Shown piece after piece: positions 1-8,200 of a DNA stretch of 34,698 bases. The stretch covers positions 1-34,698 of the IMG/VR virus record IMGVR_UViG_3300032301_001585, one strand, 5' to 3'. Position 1 is the first letter of the stretch. Each line of letters starts with the position of its first letter. The translations under genes were made by a program, and so were the position numbers. The notes beneath the pieces are model-generated. The model was not told the DNA's origin and did not search any database. It saw only the letters and a program-made list of their open reading frames with translations. The DNA is from a virus. Taxonomy: Duplodnaviria; Caudoviricetes.

Positions 1-693
1 AATAATGTTATTTCATCTTGTGTAAAAAATAACGTACCTATGCTGGTATGTTGCCTTTCTACCTGCATATATCCAGATGAAAAACATGTTAAATATCCAC
101 TAACAGAAGACCAATTACACAATGGTCCACCGCACGATTCAAATTTCGGCTATGCATATGCTAAACGAATGGTTGATGTTCAATTAAAAGCAGTACGTCA
201 ACAATATGGATATGATTATACCGCTGTTGTTCCTAACAATATGTATGGTGAGCATGATAATTTTGATTTAGAAAATGGTCATGTGATTCCTGCTTTAATA
301 CGTAAAATATGGGAAGCAAAGATAAACAATAAGCCATCATTTACTGTATGGGGTGATGGTGAAATATACCGTGAATTTACTTATGCAGAAGATATTGCGA
401 AAGCTATTCTATTCTGTATAGATAACTATATTGATATAGAGCCAATTAACATTGGAAGCACGCAAGAATATAGATTAAAAGATGTTATAGAAATTATTAC
501 TAAACAATTAGATTATAGTGGTGATATAATATTTGATATTACTAAACCAAAAGGACAAGTACGTAAACCATCTAGTAATAAAAAGTTATTAAACTTAGGA
601 TGGAAAGAAGAATGGTATACTCCATTAGATGTTGGCTTAAAAAAGACTTGTGATTGGTTTAAACAGAATTATCCTAATGTAAGGGGAATATAA
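1..693 (+). CDS. fcl: GDP-L-fucose synthase (extended SDR epimerase/reductase), 5'-truncated by window edge
   Basis: Frame is open from base 1 (NNVISSCVKNNVPM...), so the true start lies upstream. Motifs LSTCIYP, catalytic YAYAK (YxxxK), PNNMYGEHDNF, HVIPALIRK, VWGDG..REF and KPKGQ.RK are typical of Fcl/WcaG. Confidence 0.92.
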   Translation, partial: NNVISSCVKNNVPMLVCCLSTCIYPDEKHVKYPLTEDQLHNGPPHDSNFGYAYAKRMVDVQLKAVRQQYGYDYTAVVPNNMYGEHDNFDLENGHVIPALIRKIWEAKINNKPSFTVWGDGEIYREFTYAEDIAKAILFCIDNYIDIEPINIGSTQEYRLKDVIEIITKQLDYSGDIIFDITKPKGQVRKPSSNKKLLNLGWKEEWYTPLDVGLKKTCDWFKQNYPNVRGI

Positions 694-694
694 A

Positions 695-745
695 ATGAAA
701 TTGTCAAATCAAGCATTAACTTGTGTATTTAATAATACATTTTGA
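695..745 (+). pseudogene. Orphaned 5' remnant (MKLSNQALTCVFNNTF*) of the small gene at 1332
   Basis: ATG 2 nt after the fcl stop, preceded by AAGGGGA. First 8 codons MKLSNQAL match MKMSNQML of ORF 1332..1514, then similarity is lost and TGA follows. Confidence 0.7.
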
Positions 746-754
746 TTTGATGCC

Positions 755-764
755 ACTATTTATA
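755..764 (+). promoter_or_regulatory. Candidate late promoter ACTATTTATA upstream of the HNH gene
   Basis: CTATTTAT motif shared with three other intergenic gaps; followed by SD-like AGGGAG and ATG at 782. Confidence 0.6.
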
Positions 765-781
765 TTTAGGGAGATAGCAAA

Positions 782-1345
782 ATGAATAATAAATTACCTA
801 AATATGCTAATAAAAAAGATAAAGATTGTGAAGATGGATGTGGAAGAAAAATAACAAGAAGAGCAAAAATATGCGTTTTTTGTTCTGGACAAAGAAAAAG
901 TAAATTAAAAGAACAAAAATATATATCAGCAAGAATAAAAGATAAAGATTGTGCTGGTGGCTGTGGAAGAAAAATCGCTAGAGCATCTAATAGATGCTAT
1001 TCATGTTCTGGAAAGTTAAATTGCTTTAAAAGACGAAGAAGCCCAAAATATCCATATACAAATTCTAATGGTTATGTTTTAATAGGAGCAGAAAATCATC
1101 CATATAAAAGTAAAAGAGGGTATGTCCCAGAACATAGATTAGTGATGGAAAAACATTTAGGTAGATATCTATTGCCACATGAAAATATACACCATATTAA
1201 TGGGATTAGAAACGACAACAGAATTGAAAATTTAGAATTATGGGTTACTAAGCAACCAAAAGGACAAAGAGTAGAAGATTTAATAAAATGGGCAAAAGAA
1301 ATTTTGCAAACTTATAAAAAGGAATTGTTATATGAAAATGTCTAA
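782..1345 (+). CDS. Free-standing HNH homing endonuclease with two N-terminal Cys4 repeats
   Basis: [36 protein letters not shown] is a canonical phage HNH (HNH_3-type) motif. Duplicated KDKDCxxGCGRKI-x6-CxxCSG units. Confidence 0.92.
   Translation: MNNKLPKYANKKDKDCEDGCGRKITRRAKICVFCSGQRKSKLKEQKYISARIKDKDCAGGCGRKIARASNRCYSCSGKLNCFKRRRSPKYPYTNSNGYVLIGAENHPYKSKRGYVPEHRLVMEKHLGRYLLPHENIHHINGIRNDNRIENLELWVTKQPKGQRVEDLIKWAKEILQTYKKELLYENV
815..1012 (+). repeat. Two tandem zinc-finger-like repeats (41-aa period) inside the HNH gene
   Basis: 815-889 [25 protein letters not shown] and 938-1012 [25 protein letters not shown]. The DNA also repeats (aaagataaagattgtg...tgtggaagaaaaat). Confidence 0.85.
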
Positions 1346-1514
1346 CCAAATGTTGTCAGCAATTATGATTTCTCTTCAAAAAAGCCTTATGGAACAAACC
1401 GACATTGTTCCATTACTAAAAGGTTTTGATATGGTATTAGAGGGAGAAGAATTAGTAGTAACTAATCCCCCTAGTTCCATTACCGCCTCTCCAGTATTGA
1501 CCGAAGAAAAGTAA
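1332..1514 (+). CDS. Small hypothetical phage protein (60 aa)
   Basis: AAGGA upstream, overlaps the HNH 3' end by 14 nt, ends 1 nt before the next ATG. Confidence 0.75.
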   Translation: MKMSNQMLSAIMISLQKSLMEQTDIVPLLKGFDMVLEGEELVVTNPPSSITASPVLTEEK

Positions 1515-1515
1515 C

Positions 1516-1770
1516 ATGCCTACCTATATCTATAAATGCGAAAAGTGTCAAAACACCTTTAAGGCATTTCATGAGATGAGTGTTGTATTAAATGAGTGCC
1601 TAGATTGTCATTCAGAAGGATGTGTTAAGAAGTTACCTACTCTTTTAACTTCTTTACCTGAAAGAGATAAGGCAAAAGAGGCGGCTGGGACACGTGTAAA
1701 AGAAGCAATAGAAGACAATAGACAGCTATTACTTGATAGCAAGCAAGAATTATTAAATAGAAAGCTATAA
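1516..1770 (+). CDS. FmdB-family zinc ribbon protein
   Basis: MPTYIYKCEKC...F...CLDC...KKL matches the MPxYxYxCxxC...CxxC pattern. Confidence 0.85.
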   Translation: MPTYIYKCEKCQNTFKAFHEMSVVLNECLDCHSEGCVKKLPTLLTSLPERDKAKEAAGTRVKEAIEDNRQLLLDSKQELLNRKL

Positions 1771-1771
1771 A

Positions 1772-2140
1772 ATGACTTTTATTTTGTCTTTATTATTAGG
1801 TATTTCTTTAGCGGTTAATGGTATTTTTATTTGGTATACCCGTAAATTAGTACAAAATTTATATTACGGCGTAAATAACATAGATGAATTGCAAAAATTA
1901 TTAAATGAATATGCTTCTTTGTTGGAACCGCTGTTAACAATGGAAAATTATTATAATGACCCGGCGATTACATCAGCCATTACAAACACAAAAATGGTTG
2001 CCGAGGCTTGCAAGGTCTATAAAAATTCAATTATAGAAAGTCAAGATGAAGAAAACAAAGAAAATCAAAATTCCGAAGAAGCCAAAAAGCAAGAAGCTGC
2101 CCCCCAAAGAACAGCGACCATCGGCCCAATTAGCTCATAA
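1772..2140 (+). CDS. Hypothetical protein with N-terminal transmembrane helix
   Basis: FILSLLLGISLAVNGIFIWY followed by basic RK, a helical body and an acidic tail. Confidence 0.75.
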   Translation: MTFILSLLLGISLAVNGIFIWYTRKLVQNLYYGVNNIDELQKLLNEYASLLEPLLTMENYYNDPAITSAITNTKMVAEACKVYKNSIIESQDEENKENQNSEEAKKQEAAPQRTATIGPISS

Positions 2141-2945
2141 GCGTCCTAAAAGGTCTTATAAAAAGCATTTACATCCTGTAAAGACACAGGCGGCTGTATT
2201 TAGTCCTACGTCTGTAGCGCCTATTGCGGCTGTAAAAACACCCGATATAAAGAATCAATACTTTACAAAAATACACGAAGACGCTATTTTAGAATATGCT
2301 TCTGTATTAGACAATAATCGCAAAACTGAACTTTATATAAACTTAATTCAACCGGCATTTAATGAAATGGTTGAAAAAATAGTTTATACCTATAAATTCA
2401 ATAACTTACCTAATATTGATGATTTAAAAAATGAATGCAAGATATTTTTAACTACCATATTAGATAAATACGATACTTCCCGTGGTTCCAAAGCGTTTTC
2501 TTACTTTTCTGTTATTACCAAAAATTGGTTTATTCACAAGGTAAAGAAAAATAATAATAAAAAAGAAGTATATATAGAAGACATTAAAGATACAGCTCAA
2601 GAAGAGGAACTGGTATACGAAGATTCCTATCTCCATAGTCGTGAGAAAGAGGAATTTTGGACCAGTTTAGAAAGCGAAATGCATAGTTGGTTTGATAAAC
2701 GACTCAAAGAAAACGAAATAAAAGTCTATAAAGCCATTATTATGCTCTTTAAAGAAAGCGAAAGCATAGAAATTTTTAATAAAAAGGCTATTTATCTGTA
2801 TATGAGGGAGATTACAGGATTAAACACAAAACAAGTTGTAAATAATCTTAAAAAGTTTCGTCATAAATATGAAGATTTTCGTCATAGATGGTTAAATGGG
2901 GAAATATCTCATATAAAACCGAGGGTTTACAGAGATGAGTACTAA
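2046..2945 (+). CDS. Putative phage late-transcription sigma factor (T4 gp55-like), Lys/Pro-rich N-terminal extension
   Basis: DKYDTSRGSKAFSYFSVITKNWFIHKVKK resembles the sigma region-2 segment of gp55-like proteins (FD...S..F.YF..I..N.F..RI.K). Located just ahead of the structural genes. Start codon uncertain. Confidence 0.7.
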   Translation: MKKTKKIKIPKKPKSKKLPPKEQRPSAQLAHKRPKRSYKKHLHPVKTQAAVFSPTSVAPIAAVKTPDIKNQYFTKIHEDAILEYASVLDNNRKTELYINLIQPAFNEMVEKIVYTYKFNNLPNIDDLKNECKIFLTTILDKYDTSRGSKAFSYFSVITKNWFIHKVKKNNNKKEVYIEDIKDTAQEEELVYEDSYLHSREKEEFWTSLESEMHSWFDKRLKENEIKVYKAIIMLFKESESIEIFNKKAIYLYMREITGLNTKQVVNNLKKFRHKYEDFRHRWLNGEISHIKPRVYRDEY

Positions 2946-3234
2946 AAAAAGCCTAGAAGAATATATTGCAGAAGCAACGCATAATATAGAAAATGACAGA
3001 GCAGTAACAAGTAAGCTTTTATTAGATTTAGTAGACCACATGAATAAGCATGCCGAAGACAAATATACTCATAAAAACTTTGGTGAAATAGCTGCCATGT
3101 ATTTAGAGACTTTACAACGTTCTAATGAACAATTAGTTAAAGTAGCTGCCATAGTTCAACGCCAAGAAGGCGATAAAGATGGCATGTCTAAAAAAGAGAA
3201 GGATGCAATTTTTGATTTAATTCGTGAGGGATAA
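2935..3234 (+). CDS. Hypothetical helical protein (99 aa)
   Basis: Overlaps the sigma stop, GAGG upstream, amphipathic helices (YLETLQRSNEQLVKVA). Confidence 0.75.
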   Translation: MSTKKSLEEYIAEATHNIENDRAVTSKLLLDLVDHMNKHAEDKYTHKNFGEIAAMYLETLQRSNEQLVKVAAIVQRQEGDKDGMSKKEKDAIFDLIREG

Positions 3235-3239
3235 AAGTC

Positions 3240-4406
3240 TTGAGCGGCATTTATGCAAAAATAAGTGAAATACCAATAATTGATACTAGTGCCCAAGACA
3301 AAATTGGTCCCACGCTTGATTCTCAGCACACTAGTCTAGATAACGTCTTAAGACTATTAATTAAAGATAAATATACTAGAGATACCTTTAAGGGTGTATC
3401 TGGTTTTCAAGGTGTAGTTTTAAGAGTTATAGATGATACAAAAAAGTTTGAATATAGACCTAGAACAGAAATATTAAAACCTAAAGATTCAAATAATATT
3501 ACAACAAAATATAAAGTATGGGTTCTAGGGCCGCTATATTCTATTTTTCTACAACCAGAAACTTATGATGAAACACCAGAAGATAAATTATTAATTGATG
3601 CATTGCCTGATTTTTCTGTTAATAAAAACATTGAAACGCCTTTAACTCCCGGTGAAATAGTTTGGGTTTCTTTTGGCAATACAAGCAACTTTAAAGACCC
3701 AGTTATAGAATATTCTTTTTTTTCTAGCGTTCAACAAACTGCTGCTGCTACGGGAATAAATGGAGGTGTTCCTAATCAAGTAACAAAACCAAGTAATAAT
3801 TTTAATAATCCAAATAAAGGAAAACCAATTAGTTTAGATAAAATTCCCGATACTGTCACAGAAGAAGAGGGTTATCAAAGAGGAGAAAAATTAGACGAAA
3901 AGCTCAAATTAAAACAAATTTTTTGCTATGACGGTAATCAACGCATGCGTCAAGATGCGGCTGATAGTTTTAATAAAATGGCCAAGGACGCTGCTGAACA
4001 AGGAGTAAAAATAATAGCGGTAAGCGGCTTTAGAAGTCACAGTCTTCAAATAAATCTTTATAATACTAGATATTTTATAAAATATCCTTATGACCCTAAT
4101 AATCCTAGCAAAAAGCCTCCAAATAATACATTTATAAATGGTTACAATGCTGCCGCTGCTTACCCGGGTTATAGCAATCATCAAAATGGTACTGCGGTAG
4201 ATATAGAAACGATACCAATTTCTACACCACCTAGTCAAAGATATGTTTTGGCAGAAACTAAAAATTCTTATGTTTGGTTAACACAAAATGCTAACAAATA
4301 TGGTTTTAATAATATAGAAGGCTTAAGCGTATCTGAGCCATGGCATTGGGTATTTAATGGTACAGACCTAAATCAACAAAACGCTAAAGACAATCCAGAC
4401 GAATAA
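3240..4406 (+). CDS. Putative baseplate hub/gp5 N-terminal-like protein fused to an M15B (VanY-like) zinc peptidase
   Basis: TTG start with GAGGG upstream. C-terminal SGFRS..Q, AAYPGYSNHQNGTAVDI (SxHxxGxAxD) and EPWHW motifs are diagnostic of M15B. N-terminal GVVLRV...PGEIVWVSF resembles OB-fold spike N-domains (weaker). Confidence 0.8.
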   Translation: MSGIYAKISEIPIIDTSAQDKIGPTLDSQHTSLDNVLRLLIKDKYTRDTFKGVSGFQGVVLRVIDDTKKFEYRPRTEILKPKDSNNITTKYKVWVLGPLYSIFLQPETYDETPEDKLLIDALPDFSVNKNIETPLTPGEIVWVSFGNTSNFKDPVIEYSFFSSVQQTAAATGINGGVPNQVTKPSNNFNNPNKGKPISLDKIPDTVTEEEGYQRGEKLDEKLKLKQIFCYDGNQRMRQDAADSFNKMAKDAAEQGVKIIAVSGFRSHSLQINLYNTRYFIKYPYDPNNPSKKPPNNTFINGYNAAAAYPGYSNHQNGTAVDIETIPISTPPSQRYVLAETKNSYVWLTQNANKYGFNNIEGLSVSEPWHWVFNGTDLNQQNAKDNPDE

Positions 4407-4411
4407 AAATT

Positions 4412-5296
4412 ATGAATGAAACCACTAACAAAAAATATGTAAATACCGGCAGTCTTAGTGCAGAAATTGGAATTAAAAACTCTAGTCTCTATGAACCATC
4501 CAATGACCCAGTGTTTAACCAAACAGGTGCTGAAAAGGTTATACAAGGTAAGCATAATACTTTTATAGTGCTTGGAAGAGATAGACCCGGAGGTATGGAA
4601 AGCGGCTATGGTGCTCTTGGACACGTAAAAGCAGGAGCTATTGATATAGTGGTTGGCAGAGTTTCAAGTTTAAATGCTACCACATTAGCTGGTCCGGTTA
4701 ATTCTAATACCGGTGCAGACGCTGCAAGAGTATATTTAAGCCAAAAAGCAGATATAGATAAATATTATAATTTAGTTGATGGAAAATCTGGCCAATCGGA
4801 GGCTTTATCAGCTATTGCCGTTAAAGCAGACGCCGTTAGAATTATTGCCAGAGATTCATTAAAATTAGTAACAAACACGGATGCCAAATTATCCAATGGA
4901 GAGGATAGTTATTCTGGCGTTGGTATTCAGTTAATAGCAAATAATGATGATAAAGATATGCAACCCATGCCAAAGGGAGATAATCTGGTTGATGCCTTAG
5001 ACGGCGTTATAACAATTATTGAACAATTAAATGGGCTTGTCTTTGGTTTTATGGAGATACAGAAAAAATATAACGATGCCATATCAGAACATACACACTA
5101 TTCTCCGTTTTTTGGTTTAGAAGATTCACCAAGTCCAGCAACTTTAATATCTGGAAAAGAAACTGCATTGCAAACATTTTTAAAAGTTGAACAAGGATTA
5201 AAATCGCACATTAATAATTTAAAAAGTTGGAAAACGAGATATATATATAGTACCGGAACAAAGTATATCAATAGCTCATATCATTTCTTAAACTAA
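4412..5296 (+). CDS. Putative baseplate central spike-like protein
   Basis: Beta-strand-rich middle (IVLGRDRPG, AARVYLSQK, KADAVRIIARDSLKLVT), PKGDNLVDAL, and an HTH (HxH) tripeptide at 5090-5098 as in gpV/gp138-type spikes. Sits between the hub and gp25 genes. Confidence 0.55.
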   Translation: MNETTNKKYVNTGSLSAEIGIKNSSLYEPSNDPVFNQTGAEKVIQGKHNTFIVLGRDRPGGMESGYGALGHVKAGAIDIVVGRVSSLNATTLAGPVNSNTGADAARVYLSQKADIDKYYNLVDGKSGQSEALSAIAVKADAVRIIARDSLKLVTNTDAKLSNGEDSYSGVGIQLIANNDDKDMQPMPKGDNLVDALDGVITIIEQLNGLVFGFMEIQKKYNDAISEHTHYSPFFGLEDSPSPATLISGKETALQTFLKVEQGLKSHINNLKSWKTRYIYSTGTKYINSSYHFLN

Positions 5297-5299
5297 TTT

Positions 5300-8200
5300 A
5301 TGTTTAATCCCGATTCATTTAAAATACCAGTAATTCCCTCTTCTCCTACACACAAGGCAAAAGATAAAATCTTTTTTCTTGTTACCGAAGATGGTCTGCC
5401 GCCAGAAACATCAGTCTCTTTCTCTAAAAGAACGCCAACAATTCAGATTGATACAGAGTTTATTGTCTTAGATTATGGTCTTGGACCGGAAGCCAGATGG
5501 GCTAAAATAAAAACAACTGATAATAAAATTGGTTATGTCTTTATTAGTGGGATTCAACCGTTAGAAAATACAAAACCTTTCTTTTCTTTAAATATTGAAG
5601 AAAAAAATCAACCTAATCCTTCTGCAAAAGATATTGATTGGACAACACAACCGCCAATGACCGTTTATGAAGATGAAAAAAACGGTGCTTATGTCGTACA
5701 TTATGAATTGGTAGATGTTACTGGATATAAAGATGACAGAGAGTTACTTGGATACATGTATCAAGCTAGAACAGAAGGTACTAAATTAATTCTTGAACAT
5801 TATGGAAAAAGCGCTGATTATTCAACACTTAATAATTTATTAGATAATTATTATTCATTTTCTAGCGCAGAAGAATATTTAATATATCCTAGACCATGTT
5901 CTTCTTTAAGGGTTTTAGTTGCGATACCAAAAAGATATTTAAACGCTAAATCTTTAGACTTAATTCCAAATCCGCAAGAATTTCAGCCAGAGCCACCAAA
6001 AGTAAAATCCTCACAGAAATTACCAAATGATTCATACTTTACTTTAACATTTAAAGATTATGCAGAGTATGAAGATTATTTTAATAAATTAATTGAAATA
6101 TTAAATCATTATGATGTTTCTTTTAAAACAAGATTATGGTCAATAGAACCAGATACTGTATCAGTTAATTTTAGTGAAGAAGCAAATAATATAAAAAAAC
6201 TTTTTAATTCAATTAATGAATTAATAAAGAAAAATTATTCACAAAACGTTAAAGAAGAAAGACCAGATATTTTTACCAAACCAAAAGAAAAATGGTTATA
6301 TTCTTTAGATTTGGTTATAGATAAAAAAAATGTTAGTTTAGCAACAATAATATATTATAATCAAGGTATAAGATTAAACCTAACAAATGGTATAACTAAT
6401 TTCTTAAATTCTCAAGAAGTTAAAAACAAAACTTCTATAAATTATTTTGTTACTTTTGACGCAAAAAAAGATTCTAGAGATGCTTTAAAAGAAGCATTGA
6501 AAAATGCTGCAGCAGCTGCCCCGGGAGGAATAATAGCAGGTCCGGGTGGCGTAGCTGCTGCCGCTTTAACGGGATTTGGAACTGGCCTATTGGGCGGAAA
6601 TCCAGAAGAAGAAATAAAGAAGTTTTTAACTTCTAAACATTATCCCATCATAGCCAATGTAAGCCCGCAGCCAGTAGATTTATTTAACTGTACTGTTGAT
6701 ACTCTTACAAGAATAAAAGATTTAGCCTCCATTAAGGCACCAAGTGAAATTAAAAAATATCAATTATTAAATAAAGCATATGAATCTGCGCAAAAGAAAA
6801 AAGAAGCAGATTTATTTATTCGTTCTTTAACAGATTTATCTCAAGTTAAAGATAAAAATTTCCGTATTTTATTTGGCATTGACCCACCAAAAGGTGATAC
6901 AGCAAAACAGCAATTAAACAGCTATATAGCAGTAGCAAAATCTTTAGATTGGGCAAGATTTATAGGTCTTGCAACACAGTGCCTAGCAAAATCACTACCT
7001 CCAGAAATTGTTGGAGAATTACTTAAAAAATATCAAGAAGCAAGGAAGTTTTTAGAACAAATTTTCTTAGCGACCGTTTGTAATCCATACTTAAAGAACG
7101 GTTTAAAAATAATTAATGGTTTTGAATTACCCACTTTACAAACATACAATCCAAATCAATCTTTAGCAGATGAAATAGAAAAAGCAACTATAAAATTACT
7201 TAACGATTTATTAGCGGAAGGCATTAAAAAAGCACTTGAAGCAGCATCAAAAGCTTGTCTTGGCGACCCAGCAGCAAACTTTAATAACAATGCACCTTTT
7301 ACTAATCCAATTGACCAAAACGCTAATTTAAATGACCCAACGTTAAGTGACTTGTTGGATGATTTTTATGGAAGTTTAAAGAATGCTGCTGGCCCATTAA
7401 GTGAAACCGATAAAAATGCGGCTAAAGAAAAATTAAATAGTCTTGTTGCAGATATAACCTCTTGTTTAACATTAACAGAAATCTGTAAATTATATAAGGG
7501 AGAAAGTCTAAACGATGAAGTTTATCAAATTATTATCTCTTTAGTTAAAAGAAAATACGGTACTCCATTTACTGAAAAATTTAATAACAGAGAATATATT
7601 AATCATTTCTTTAGAACACTAGGAAGCAGATTAGACTTATCTATATGCCCTGATATAGCCGCTGGAGAAGGTCCAATTGGTACTGCAAACATTCTTTGTG
7701 ACGATGGAAGAGTACAAAATTTAAGAAAAGATATACTTTCTAATAAAGGCTTAACTCCAGAAATGATAGATGCTTTATTAGAAGATATTAGAAAGAAAGA
7801 AACAAAGAATCTTGAAGATGTATTAAAAATTTTAAATTCTGATAATCCTTTTGATTTTTCTTCTGCTCCTGATTTAGGTTGCAAAGTATTTCCCAACGGT
7901 GAAACAATTGGTCCTTCAGCAGAAAGTTTCAACCAGATGTTGAATACAATGTTTGGTAGCGTTTATAACACATTTGATAGAGAGGCAGAAGAATGGTATA
8001 AAACAACTTTTTCTATTAAAAACGATTCAAAACCAAACTTTTTAGAATTTGTTGATGGACAAATAAAACCAAAAGAAAATATCACTGTTCCAACAGAACA
8101 GGGTGATGCGGTTAGGGCAAATTCTGGTAAAGACACACCAGATAATCAAAGAGATAATTCTAATAAATCAACTGGTGGTGGTGGCGATGAAATTAAATTA

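Noticed and set aside
695-1345. Group I intron carrying the HNH
   Set aside because: Under 70 nt of non-coding sequence before the ORF and none after it. No recognisable P7/core elements, and the downstream gene has its own start.
3945-4360. vanY vancomycin-resistance gene
   Set aside because: The M15B domain is fused to a virion-type N-region within a baseplate cluster, with no van operon context.
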